A stretch of DNA of 52,792 nucleotides, from assembly GCA_049999805.1 (NCBI GenBank), contig JBNGIO010005929.1:82040-134831 (forward strand). Direction: 5' to 3'. This document shows positions 12,770 to 24,765 of this stretch, one piece after another (position 1 is the first letter of the stretch; every line of letters begins with the position of its first letter). The DNA comes from Folioceros fuciformis. Its lineage: Eukaryota. The notes beneath the pieces were generated by a model that saw only the letters and a program-made list of their open reading frames with translations, was not told where the DNA came from and did not search any database. The position numbers were made by a program, and so were the translations under genes.

Positions 12770-13990
12770 TCATGAGAAGGCTATCTCCTGAAGAATGTTC
12801 AAACTTTCCCGGTGTATCCACTCCAGCTGCTGCACAGTCACCCCTCTCGCGTTCGTGTTGTACATGCCACCGATCACCTGGGTCACGGTGTGAACGAACA
12901 TTCCGGGACGCACAGGAGGCAACTTCTTCTTTTCAGACTTCGGCTGCGGCCTTTGTATCAGCTTCTGCTGCGGAGGTGAGTCATCATCAGTCTCCGGATC
13001 TGCGCCTTCGTCTTTGCCTCGAAGGACCTTCGACAACCTGTCTCTGGCTTTGGGTCCAGGTTGCAATTGAACCAGCTTCGACAGAAAGTCCACCTCGGAT
13101 TCGTGTAAGCTCTTCAACCCCCTGTTGTCGTTGCGCTCATCCAAAAGGCCCCCGCCCATCATGCTGCGCGCTTCTTCCCTCACAATAACCAGCTTGGCTA
13201 GGAGCTTACGGTCAGGAACTCTGGGCTTCTCCTCCATCGTGGCCAGAATGTCGTCTGCTTGAGCTGCTATCTCGTATAGGTTGGCACCGGGGATCACGAT
13301 GCTCCCGCCGGACTCGGTGCTAAACGTTCCCCCGCCTCCAGCCGAGCGTCGGAGAATGTCCAGCCTGTGATCCTTTTTTACTGTGGTGCACAACAGTCCT
13401 ACAACCTGCACCTGAGGAGGAGATTTTCGAGACAATTGCTCCAACACCGTTTCCCTCATCAGTGCCAACAACTCTTTCTGCCGGTCGTCGTTGTCTCCCA
13501 TTGCTTGTTCCACCATATAGTCCAGCGCCAGCATGAAGGCCTCATCCAGCTTGTCCAGTCGCTGACCTACTGCAGCTGCAGCTGCCATCTTCACTGCCAC
13601 TCCCTCCTCCTCCTCGCTCATTGAGATGTCCTTCAACAGATCCACCATCTCTTTCAGCATCTCCGTCACTTCTTCACCGCCTCTTGTCAATGCCTCATAG
13701 TACTTGTGGTCCTTCACACCCTCTGCAGACGTGCCTACTGCTCGGGTACACCATGTTGATCCGTATCCCCCGAGCCTGTCTGTCCCGCAAGGAGTACATA
13801 GCCCGTGCGATCCCCAAGCTCCCGTCTCCCACCAGCGGAGAAGCAATACTCCTGATCTGAGCTTCCACCTGTTTGCCGCACATTGTGAACTCGGATCCGC
13901 CAGCAAAAGCACCTTGCTACTTCTTCGACATCCGCTAGCAGTTACGCGGCTCGTGACACAAACAGAAAATGCCGATGTCACAGCCTCCAT
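12770..13990 (-). CDS. PRDA1: PEP-related development arrested 1 homolog (chloroplast nucleoid protein), intronless
   Basis: Motifs FMLALDYM, PPQVQVVGLLC, PGANLYEIAAQADD, PDRKLLAKLVIVREEARSMMGGGLLDERND and PVRPGMF match At5g48470 from memory. Transit-peptide-like N-terminus. Confidence 0.88.
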   Translation of the reverse strand: MEAVTSAFSVCVTSRVTASGCRRSSKVLLLADPSSQCAANRWKLRSGVLLLRWWETGAWGSHGLCTPCGTDRLGGYGSTWCTRAVGTSAEGVKDHKYYEALTRGGEEVTEMLKEMVDLLKDISMSEEEEGVAVKMAAAAAVGQRLDKLDEAFMLALDYMVEQAMGDNDDRQKELLALMRETVLEQLSRKSPPQVQVVGLLCTTVKKDHRLDILRRSAGGGGTFSTESGGSIVIPGANLYEIAAQADDILATMEEKPRVPDRKLLAKLVIVREEARSMMGGGLLDERNDNRGLKSLHESEVDFLSKLVQLQPGPKARDRLSKVLRGKDEGADPETDDDSPPQQKLIQRPQPKSEKKKLPPVRPGMFVHTVTQVIGGMYNTNARGVTVQQLEWIHRESLNILQEIAFS

Positions 13991-14074
13991 ACCCCAAATC
14001 CCACAGGACAGCCGTGGTCTGACCAGCTTCAGTCACCTAAAAGGACACACAGAACCCTAATACAAGAGATCCTC

Positions 14075-15463
14075 ATGGGCATTCCGAAATGCTATATCAG
14101 CTCAGGGCGCACGGGCTTGGTAAACAGGGCTGGCTGGACGGGCATATTCCGTGATGTACATGCACAGCACAGAGCAATCTTCTTCCAAAACCGCAGAGTC
14201 AGAAACTGCCGAGCCACCCACAAGAGCAACCACGCGGAGGGGCAGATGGGAAGTGGGCGCCTGCACAGTCAACAGCGAGACAAAGTGGTCGTTATATCAG
14301 GCCCGACAGCGGTGGGGAAAACAGCTCTGGCTTTGGCTCTCGCCAGAAAACTGGGAGGAGAGATTGTGAGTGCCGACTCAGTGCAGGTCTACCGAGGTCT
14401 TGACGTTGGGAGCGCAAAGACACCGTTGGATGAGAGACAAGGAATTCCCCACCACCTGCTAGATATCATCTCCCCTACACAAGAATACACAGCAGGATGC
14501 TTCCACGACAACGCCAGAGAAGCCACCGCCAAGGTACTGGCCAGCGGCAAAGTCCCCATTGCTGTGGGAGGAACTGGTATGTACCTGAGGTGGTACATCA
14601 ATGGCAAACCAGGAGCGCCGAAGTCTTCAGTGGAACAGGTCGCAGCAGTGGAGGAAGAGATTTCAGAGCTGCTCAGAAGGGGTGGTGGCTGGGATGCGGC
14701 CCTGGAGCTGCTGGCGGACGGAGGGGATCTGGAGACAGCTCTCACCTTGGAAAGGAATGACTGGTACCGGCTGCGACGGGCGTTGGAGATTCTAAGGGCC
14801 ACAGGCAGACCTCGTACGGATTTTCCTCCAGCTGATCTTGCCTGCAGGGAGTTGGACTACGATTTCCGTTGCTTTTTCCTGTGCAAGCCCAGATTACAAC
14901 TGTACCGTCAGATAGATCTGCGTTGCGAGGAGATGGTGGCACAGCCTGATGGTTTGCTGCATGAAGCATCCTGGCTGTTAGACTTGGGTGTGCCAACTAA
15001 TTCCAGCTGCGCTTCCAGGGCCATTGGGTACAGGCAAGCTATGGAGTACTTAGTAGAGTGCAGAGCAGCAGGAGGCTTGACTACAGAGGATCAGTTTTTG
15101 GAATTTGTCGCCGACTTCCAGAAAGCGTCCAGGAATTTTGCGAAAAGGCAGCTTACTTGGTTCCGCAACGAACCGCTCTTCCAATGGGTTGATGCCTCGC
15201 AGCCTGTGGAGGAGCTGGTCCAGGTTATAGTCGAGGAGTTCCTGGGGTCGGTTCCTGGGATGTCACAATCTCAAATCAAGGCAGCAAGCTATAACGAAGG
15301 TAAAGAATTGAAGCGGTACAGAGCAGAATTGCAAGTGTTCCATGATCCAACCGCAATTGCTCGGGTGATGGATTGGATCAGAGGAACCCAGAGTGCCAAA
15401 TCAATTTCAGATACCAAGTCTCTGACCAGTACAGCTGCAGCCAGCTGTTCAGCACCTTTGTAG
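14075..15463 (+). CDS. IPT9: tRNA dimethylallyltransferase (MiaA-like, IPT9 type), intronless
   Basis: Motifs VISGPTAVGKT, SADSVQVYRGLDVGSAK, PHHLLD, GGTGMYL, NDWYRLRRALEI, RAIGYRQ and SRNFAKRQLTWFR. Confidence 0.93.
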   Translation: MGIPKCYISSGRTGLVNRAGWTGIFRDVHAQHRAIFFQNRRVRNCRATHKSNHAEGQMGSGRLHSQQRDKVVVISGPTAVGKTALALALARKLGGEIVSADSVQVYRGLDVGSAKTPLDERQGIPHHLLDIISPTQEYTAGCFHDNAREATAKVLASGKVPIAVGGTGMYLRWYINGKPGAPKSSVEQVAAVEEEISELLRRGGGWDAALELLADGGDLETALTLERNDWYRLRRALEILRATGRPRTDFPPADLACRELDYDFRCFFLCKPRLQLYRQIDLRCEEMVAQPDGLLHEASWLLDLGVPTNSSCASRAIGYRQAMEYLVECRAAGGLTTEDQFLEFVADFQKASRNFAKRQLTWFRNEPLFQWVDASQPVEELVQVIVEEFLGSVPGMSQSQIKAASYNEGKELKRYRAELQVFHDPTAIARVMDWIRGTQSAKSISDTKSLTSTAAASCSAPL

Positions 15464-15868
15464 TAACAATTCTTCCACACTTCAATTCCTACAGTTCAGA
15501 AATGTAGATGCAAACAGGTCCAGACAAGGGAATAAGTTGCCAAGGATCCCAGAAAATACTAGAATTTTGTTACTTTACACAGTCTTTGTCTTGGAAAGTC
15601 TCTCTGGAGACCAGCAGACTTCACTACGATACTCCTCCCCACTAAACTACTGTTACCTGTGAAACAGATTCCGTTGCACCGTTTTCAAACATTTGGCTTA
15701 CCACCATCACATCTTTTCTAAGGCATTTGTTCAAACTACACAATATACAACGCCAATCTGGTCCTGCCCAAATGCTGAATATTTATTGACCCCGTAAAAG
15801 AATAGATCGTTGATGGAAGAGATAAAAGGCTTAGTTGTACAAGGTGAACGATAAAGATAGTAGAGAGC

Positions 15869-18071
15869 TCACAATCCCCCATTATCCTGCCAGCCGCCGT
15901 CAGCACCATGTGCAAAAATTGCGTTGTGTTGCTCGATAAGGCATTGCACGGCCTCCACCAGTTCGAAGTCAACTGACGTTGGCTCATCGTCCAGGGGTAT
16001 CTGGGCTGAGAGATCAACCTTGTCACCTTCAACGTGCCCGTTTCCATCCCCTGCACAAGACCGAAAAAGCATGTAACGCTGGCTGCCTGAGCAATCCAAG
16101 CCATATAAACAGAAATCCACAAGATGGGGTCTAGGAATTCAGAAGTCAACCTTCCCAATCATGACTAGAATCTTTGACGTTGACGAAGGTGACGGAAACA
16201 CTGGGGGATTTCTTCGGCGCCAGACCCTCCCCAGATGTTCCACCTTGCGATGACCTAAGGGCGGATGTTAGTGGCTTCGATGGGCCCCGTGAACTGCCAT
16301 TAGAGCGTTCTTCTTTCTTCCACAATAAGACAGGAGCCAACACAAACGCAAGGCTTCGAGCATCCATCTACACAAAAAGAACAAATCATCAGCACAATGC
16401 AGGTCTTTCGTTGCATCCCGCTGTGTCCCGTCCCATCCGTTGCTGTTTCACAGTACTACCAAATTAAATAGGACAGCCAAAAACTGCGAGCAAATGCAAA
16501 CAAAGTGTTGACGTCACCTTGTTTATGGAAGACAGCTCGCTGACCCGCAGAAGCAAGGATGTCAAACACTCCAAGGTTGAGTAGTTCACATATGGAAGCT
16601 TGGCAACAACATCACGCCAGCCGCGCACATCTTCACCCACCTTGACTACGTCATCGTACAGATGAAATGTAAGAATGGGCTCCGGCAATGCCCGGAGATA
16701 AACTTTAAGCAGTGAAGCCACATCGATAGGGCTGACTCCATCCACCAAAGGAGAATTCCAATCTGCTCCCACCAGACACGAGGAAATTGTAGCGTAAGTT
16801 TTGTTCAACCCAGTGCTTACTACATTGAATGCGAGATAGTTTTGTTACGCAGTTGATCTCAAGGATCACAAGACAAACCAGCAAGCACAATGAGGGGCAT
16901 CCTAGCAACCCACCTTCATTATACAAGTCCACAAGACGATCCACTACAAAAGGGCTTCCTCCTTCTTTAAAGAGATTCTCTGAGTGCAGGCCTGCAAGAT
17001 GATTTGAACGGTTACTTTCTTCCCGTTCCAAGTCTGTGGACACAGAAGATGACGTCCACGACCACGGACCTGATAGAATCAAGAAGTCGACACATCTTGT
17101 CACAATTTGCGGAATAGGCTTGGGACCTTTCTGGCGTTGAACTATCACCTCAAGGGGAACCCCAAAAACTGGCCAAAGACAAACATGCGCATGAGAGATT
17201 CTCCTAAAATGGAGGATAAGTACACCAGAAGCAAACACTGATAAATCGTACAAACCACGCTTGCCTCAAGTACTTATCCAACAACAAGTTTTGCCTAAGA
17301 TACTCACCACCACGACCGCTGGAGCCCTGCCATAAACGCAAAGCAAGAACACCATCAGACCAGGGTAACTGGGAATTGCAATTACATGGCAGCTTCCCAA
17401 AAAGAATGTCACCAATTTTGAGGAGACTTCGAACCCACCTTCTGCCACCATTCAATGCTTGCAATAATGCTCCTGCTGCGGATTGCCGCCTTTCGCGCTG
17501 CCTAGTACATCAGGAGCGAATCCAGTTATAAAACTTCATACATGCCAGTACATCGGTCTCGCTTCTCCTCCCATACAGCATACAGAAACATGCCCTCTCA
17601 CATCGGGAATACCTCCTCAACTTTCCCCTTGGTCTCATTGAATCCCTTCTTCAAAATGGTGCCTGTTGACGCAGCAGCTGACTTAAGACGAGCTTGCACA
17701 TTTGCATCTCCTCCATTTTGTTGTCGTCGCTCCTCCTGCTCTCGCACCTGCTGCTGCTTTTGCTTTTGCCTCAGAAGTGTCCAGCGTGAAAGAACTGCGG
17801 ATCCAGCACGTTCCGCAGCGTCCGCAAACCTATCGGCGGCATCTACAACTGAGGCGCCCGCAACCTTTGCCGCATCCCTAGCATCAAGAGTTGCAGATCT
17901 GAGCCTAAAACCTGCAACAAAACCGGATACTTGTCCTGGTCACTTCCCCGCTCACAACATCCAAAACAAAACAAGCGAAGCTCACTCCCCTACTGTGCAC
18001 ATGCTAACTGGAAACGTACTGGACGAAGATAGAAACCCGCCAGCCTTTTCCCGCCACTGTGCTGTTGTCAT
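15869..18071 (-). CDS. RhoGAP-domain protein (At5g61530-like), multi-exon
   Basis: Start MTTAQWREKAGGFLSS. Motifs VFGVPLEVIVQRQ..PIPQIVTRCVDFL, DVASLLKVYLRALPEP, MDARSLAFVLAPVLLW and IPLDD..VDFELVEAVQCLIEQHNAIF. Confidence 0.88.
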
Positions 18072-19240
18072 GGTGGAAATACGCTTCAATCGTCCTAGCT
18101 CTCACTGTAACCCCCTGCAAACTGCATCGACTAGCGCAAACTCTTCAGAATCAAACACCAAAACGGGAGCCAAAATTCCTGCAAGCCAGAAACACCGAAA
18201 CCCGTCTTCGCCTTCCCCTTCCCCTACCCTTTCCCCTCTCCGCAAAAAATTCCTCATCATACCACCATCCACAACCCGACGAACACGCACAACAAACACC
18301 AAAACAGCCGCTTGGGACCCGAAAAATCCGAGACGCGCCTACGACTTGAAGCCGGATCTAAAGCAATTAACGCGGATCGGAGATGAGGCCGTCGAGCGGG
18401 CTAGTCCTCTACAAGCAGTCCTCAAACCAAGCCGACAAAACCAGGAAACACCTTTGGTCACACATGTTCTCCAAAACATGCGGATCCAGCACCTGTCACC
18501 AGGTGCAAACCTAGGCACCGAAGCACAAGCTAGAATGCACGAAACGGCGCAGCATAAACGGGCAACCAGCTCCATTTTCCCTGCTCTGCTGCTGCCATCA
18601 GAAAGCCCTACCATTCCACCTAGAGGGACGTGCAAACATCCATAATCTGTCTGCCCACAATGGCACACACCACATCACTCTGCCAGTCCAGTCCAGACTC
18701 CATGGCACGCAGGAAATGCATCATACCTCGACAGCGCAGTCTGCGAGGCGGCGGCGATACGCGGGCGACGGAGGGATGAATTTGAGCTGGATCCCCGGCG
18801 CGCCCAGCGGGAAATCGCAGCGTGTCAGGAACAGGACTCGTCCATGCATACTCCTCCGGCTTCTGAGGTGCTCCGGCCTCGATGCCTTGTGCCTCGTCGA
18901 TGCATAATATACATTTATATACCCACTCTCGGCAACAAAACTATGTACATACGCACACATTACGACATTACGGCGCATTAATTACGGCAGCGATTTGTAT
19001 TGTTTGCGTTTCGACAGTCTGATGTTGTGATGTTGGAATGCTGTAGGATTGTTCCTCTTCGCTTACTTGAGTGTACAAAAGAGTGTGCCACTGGTAGAGT
19101 GTACGAATGGGAACCACTGGAAGAGAATATGTGGCGATAAAAAGAGGAACGAGTCACGTGTGGATGGAATATGCAAATCCGGCGGCATCTTTTTCATTCA
19201 CACTGGTTTTCATCATCGTCCGCGAGCCAGATGGGCCGGA

Positions 19241-21354
19241 TCAGAATTCCTCATCGCCCAGGACAGGCCTAGTCACAGGCACAGCCCATCGGCCCAGATG
19301 GGCCGTGTAGTTGACACACCTGATGATGCCTTTAGAGGAAGGACCATCGGGGAAGTCTACAACGCTGATGCTGCCGGTGTCCGGTTTGAAGGACGCGACG
19401 TTGGTCTCATCAAGAGCCAGGCAGCGTGCCAGGAGGGCAGCATGCATCAACTCGTGGCAGACCACCACCACCGTCCAGTCCTGGTCTGGGGCTTGTTTTG
19501 AAGCGTTTTCCAACTCCAGGAGGATGTTGTCCAAGACCGTGCCTGCTCTGCCCCAAAAGTCCGACAGCTTCTTCCCTGCAGGGCCCTCGGCTTTGAGCAG
19601 GTCGTGTGGCAAGAGACCTGTTCTCGCCTGACCCTGCGTCAACCAACAAAGTTGGTGACTAAACGTTACGGACGTTTCTGTGGGAAACGGGCTTTCAATT
19701 CTGGGGTGATTGATTTCCTTGCTTACCTGCCATTCTCCCCAGTCCATATCCCTTAGCTCGGGCACTTGCTTCACTTCCAGATATCTGGGCTCGCATTCCA
19801 CACCTAAACAGTCGGCTGCCTCTTGTACCTAGTGAGAATTTATTGGCTCAGTTGATGCACACCACGTGACCGAATGGAAGAAATGAAAAGCCAGAGACAT
19901 ACCTCAGCAATTGCTTCAGCAGTCTTGACCGCAGAGGGTTGTGGGCTGCAAATCAGAGAGTCCACCCGGATGTCCAATAGCAACTCGGCCGTCTTTCGTG
20001 ACTGTCCAGAACAGAATGAGGAAGACAGCATGTCAGATGGCCGAGTCATCGGTCGCAACAAAGAAGGTGGTGACAAGAGATACGTCGAACAAGAGACCTG
20101 AATGACCCCCAACATGTTCATCGGCTCTTCAGGCGACACAGAATAGCGTTTCTGCAACAATCCATCTCCACCATGTGAGAAAAACCCCCAACACAGGAAA
20201 AATGCTAAGCCAGACAAGGGGCATCGCCAGATGCAGTACCTGGGTGGTGCTCTCTGTAGCCCCATAGCAAACGAGAACCAGGCGAGAAGCAGCTGACCTC
20301 CCGCCAGACACGCCACCAGCCCCAGCAAGTGGCGGGCTCGGCGTCTGCAACCCCATCATGCCTGCATCAATTCCCTTATCCTGTCATCCTCTCCATACAC
20401 AGGAGAACCGGAGCAGGAGCAGGTAAACAGGCACGAGAGGAAGTGGCAGAAAAATGCCTGATTGAGGCGGTTGAGGCAAACGAACGGGGAGGATCCCTCA
20501 GCAGCTCCAACGGGGGGCAGAAAGTCCAGCACGCTGACTCCGCAGTTGCTCTGCAGCAGCTGCCTGAAGTACTCCGTTCCCAGGCCCGTCGCAGTGGCCA
20601 CAAGCGCCTGATTCACAGCATTATGCGCCACCACCAGGATGGACCGTCCGCTGCTCCCGAGAATGGTCTGCCAGCAGGTCCGGGCGCGGTCCCAGAGCTC
20701 CCGCACCGGATAGTGCCCATCGATCATGAAGTTCGGAGCGTCCCTCTGCCACCTGCTGAACGCCTCCCCGTAGATCTGCTTCCCCTCATTCTTCATCAAC
20801 CCCTGCACCACACCCCAGTTGCTCAACCTCCGAACCCCCAAGAACACAGCACAGCATCACCATCGCCAGAAGGACCATTGAGGACCACGCACCTGGAACG
20901 AATACAGATCGATCTCCCGCAGGTCGTATAGCGGGATCATCGGCTCCTGCCGCGCGCCCCAGATGATTTGCGCAGTCCTGTGCGCCCTGGCCAGCGGGCT
21001 GTAGAAGCAGCAGTCGAAGGAGTCCGCCAGGAGCATCTGGCGGGATGTCTCGGCCTGGCTCTCGCCCTTTGCCGTGAGCACGGACAAATCCGAGCTGCCC
21101 TGGATCCTCCCGGCCTCGTTCCAGGTGCTCTGCCCGTGCCGCACCAGCACCACCCGCTTCGCCGCGGACACCGCCGGGAGCGCTCCCGGCTCCGAAGGCA
21201 GCGCCATCGCCGGGGGCGCTTCCGGCGAGGAAGGCACCGCGCACACTGGAGACACCATCCTCGCGCGCTCCGCTCTGCTCGGCTGCGAAAGATCGGGTTT
21301 CGCTGCTCCTCGACTGCTTACCCACGGCAGTGACCGCAGACTCATCGACGCCAT
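19241..21354 (-). CDS. Tandem histidine-phosphatase (PGM) protein, 2-carboxy-D-arabinitol-1-phosphatase-like, multi-exon
   Basis: Motifs LVRHGQSTWNEAGRIQGSSD, LREIDLYSFQ, DGHYPVRELW, VVAHNAVNQAL and RCVNYTAHLGRW. Transit peptide MASMSLRSL. Confidence 0.9.
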
Positions 21355-21419
21355 GGCCGTCTCAATCAGACCTAAGTTACCGTGCTCCTGTTTCTTTCCA
21401 CACAAAAACTGGTGAGAAG

Positions 21420-21930
21420 GATCACATACAAGGGACGAAGGAGACGAAACGCAAGAAAGGTGGACGAACAAGGAAGACGAAGGAACGGTTGAGGAGGACA
21501 AATCAGGAAGAACTCCTACAAGGCGAAAGACTCCTACAAGGCAATAAACAGGTCGAACAAAGCCAAGCACCGCTGATCCAAGAACAAGTGCAGGAGGACG
21601 ACGACGACGACGACGAAGAACACATCCAGAAGATGAAAAGCAAGTACAATAAAAAGACGAAAGCAATAGGACAAGGGCAAGCAGAAAGGAAAGAACAAGA
21701 GCCCTAAGGTGCAGAGGAAGAAGGAAGGAAGGAGGAGCTGGAAGAGGGGGAAGGAGAGGAGGAGGAAGACGAGGGACAAGAAGAAGAGGCACAAGGAGAG
21801 GACGAGGAAGAGGCACAAGAAGAGGAGGGGGCAGAGGCGTAAGAAGAGGAAGACAAAGCGGAGAAGGAGGAGCAGAGAGGCCAAGGAAAAAAGGGAAGAC
21901 GACAAGGGTAAAAGACGAAGAAACTTCTTA
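21420..21930. repeat. Purine-rich (GA/AAG/GAG) low-complexity tract between divergent genes
   Basis: Strongly A/G-skewed on the + strand with very few T. No credible ORF. Confidence 0.7.
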
Positions 21931-21938
21931 CCTGCTCG

Positions 21939-22535
21939 ATGTATGCAAGAGCTCTGCGAGTGTTGGTGACGTCTCCCCGTCCGATCTCCCGGCCATCGGC
22001 AGCTGTGGCTCGGTTTGTTACGGGTGCCTGTGATCGGAAGGAGACCAAGGCGCACCAGGGGTTCAAGGTTGGGGAGCTTTCGTGCTCGGCATCGAGCGGG
22101 ATGGGAGGAGGACTGGATTATCAGGGATCGGCTCCTGGTGAGAGCAGCAAGGACGGTACGACGACGGTGAGTGGAGTGGGATTCGATTCCTGAAGATTGT
22201 GTTGCAAAGCAAGGTGAGTTCAATTCCTAAGCGGGGTGTTTGATTCTGCCTGGCCGTGTTTGCAGGTCCGGATTGTGATCAGAGGGAAGGTGCAGGGCGT
22301 GTTTTACCGGAAGTGGACAGCGCAGACGGCCGAAAACCTTGGAGTCCGGGGATGGGTGAGGAATCGGCACGACGGGAGCGTGGAGGCTGTCCTCTCGGGT
22401 GAGCCGGATACGGTGGACTTCATGGTGCACAAGTGCCGATCGGGGCCGCCCTCTGCTGTCGTTACCGGGCTGGTTGTGGAGGATTGGCCTCACCCTGTGC
22501 CCGCTAGCTTCGAGGTGAAGCCGACCGCGTCGTGA
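21939..22535 (+). CDS. Acylphosphatase, 2 exons, organellar-targeting-like N-terminus
   Basis: Exon 1 21939-22166, GT-AG intron 22167-22265. Motifs IRGKVQGVFYRKW, GWVRNRHDGSVEAV and CRSGPPSAVV. Confidence 0.92.
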
Positions 22536-24765
22536 ACCGAAAGCTTTCCTGCTCATGGCTTGTTCTGTCACATGTATGTACTGTATGTTGTGCGTGCGTT
22601 CGTCAGCCACTTGCTGTTCAATCTATCTACTGTATGTATCCCTGGTGATGGTCCCAGATCATTAAAATTCATAAAAGCCAAGCTAGCCGAGGTCTGAGGG
22701 AAGAATGGACGCTACTGGCCGACCAAGCTTGGATAGCGCAGTCCCTTGCGTCGCGTCGGTCACGTGTTCGAATCCGGGAGCCGATTGGAAGCAGTTCTAT
22801 TTGTAGGAGAGTGGAGACTGGAGAGCCGAGGACGTCTGAAGGCCTGTTCTCGTAAGGAGACTGACAAGATTTGCCTAGGCAATGGCGTACTGTGGCGTGC
22901 TAGGCACGGCGTCGATCCGCACCTCGGATTGGGCCGTGCCTTGAGCTCAGCGTGTCGCGTAAGCTGTTGGTGGCAGCCCTATTTTTTGTAGATAGGGAGT
23001 CTTTCTTCAATCGGGACGCCAGTTGAGCGGCTCCTTTGAGTTGAGGGGACTTTGTTTTGGCACCGAACGCTTGACTTGTTTTCGACGTTGTTAAAGGTTT
23101 CTGCACCTTGTTCATGACGGGTTTAGGTGGATGGTGCACAAGGCAGAAAAACGATGATATGTTTGGACGTCCTGCGGGAACCCGCGCGCTGTCTCTGTAA
23201 TCTGCAGAGCGCTGGAGTTGGCGCTGGCTGTGGATGGAAGGAGAATCAACACTTGTGACGAATGCACAGACTGCTCATGTTCATGCCCTGAAGGAACGTC
23301 TCTGAAGCTTCGTAGGTCTCTCACCACTGAGCTCTTCTCCTGGACTACTACGTCAGAATCAGACGATTCATTTCCCCTCTCTTCTTTGCATGCAAGGATT
23401 GCTCCTACCGCGATGTGATTGAACAGGATGCAGATCGGGCATCGGACTATTGCGCACTAATCGTTGGAGCTGCTTCCGGCCGTAGAGGAGGCGACGGCGG
23501 CGACACTGGAATGGACAGTGCCGGAGCTGATGCACGATCCAGCCGCAGAACACCGTGACGCATGATCTCGGAGATCCGTGAGGATTGTGGAGGATAAACA
23601 ATTGACATAGCTTACGTGGAGAAGACTGGTAAGAGCCGTGGTGAAGAGACAGCTCCGCCTACAATGCTTTTCCGCGGCAAGTGGGCCACCTACTCTTGCA
23701 GGCTCGGAGGTTGCCACATTCTGGAAGACTGAGTAACCCTAGAGCAAGGTTTGGCCATGGGAAGAGAGGGGAAAATGGCCGGACCTGCAGTTCGCTCCTG
23801 ACACACTCCAGAGCCGAAACATCACGTATGGATTTTACGCTTGTGGTCGGCGAGGCTGCCGTGGATTACAGCTGCCAGACGGTTTTGCTCGTCAATGTGG
23901 CTGGCCTGGTGCACAACTTTGACTGCGTCCTGCACGGCAGGGCAGTCTGGACTTGTCGAGCCAGCTGATTTGGGCTTGATGTCCGGTTGCATGCGTCCTC
24001 TAGTGGCCGCACGCTACCCTCCTTTACCTCCAATGGATCGAGCATGCCACCATGGAGCCGGGGAAAGCCGCGCCTGATGGACGGCTTCCAGTCCCTTGAG
24101 AGTCAAGAATTGGCTATCGCGAGGGTGGTGTTTGCGAGTCTCTGCCTCTCAACGTTCTGTGTGTAGGTTAAGCTGCGATGTCTGGGACTTCGCCGAGGCT
24201 ACCCTAGGGTTTCAACGCGACATCGAGCCCGATAATGGATTGAAATGCATGCCAAGCCCTCCACAGTGGCCTATATATGTAGTTGCGCTCCTCAGAAAAA
24301 TATGTAGTTGCATGTTGAATGAGGACAAGATAGACGAAGCTTCCTTGCGGAGCCTGCCAAAGTCGAGTCTGCCGTAGCCTGTGCTTATCTCTGCGTGTCA
24401 CGCAGCTTAGTGGAGATGTTTGCAATGTGTGGCAGCTCGGAAGATGCTCGAACATGCGATGTTTACTCATTTGATACATACGCTGCCTCCACTGCGGCGG
24501 CGTAGTCCCGAATTCCAGGCTCTGTGAGTGGAGTCTGCTACGGCCTCTGTTATGGAAGAGATGAACTGAAGAAGCGAGTGCCGCATTCCGAACATGGGAG
24601 AAGCTTCCGCACTGACCGTTGTCATCAGCCGCCCATGCGCGGATCAGGTTTAAAACATGGAAGTACCTTATGGTGAGGAGAAGAGAGGAGAGCCTGGTTA
24701 TCTGAAGTTTGAGGTTAGAACTGGAGATTGATGGGTTGTAGGTGGCCTAATAATTCTGCTTTGAA

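Noticed and set aside
17542-18645. 367-aa + strand ORF
   Set aside because: Antisense to RhoGAP exons and 5' region, low complexity, no domain.
21351-21356. Palindromic CCATGG giving overlapping ATGs on both strands
   Set aside because: The + strand frame closes after 20 codons, and the acylphosphatase has its own start at 21939.
23112-23760. Possible spliced minus-strand gene
   Set aside because: No consistent exon chain or recognisable domain could be built.
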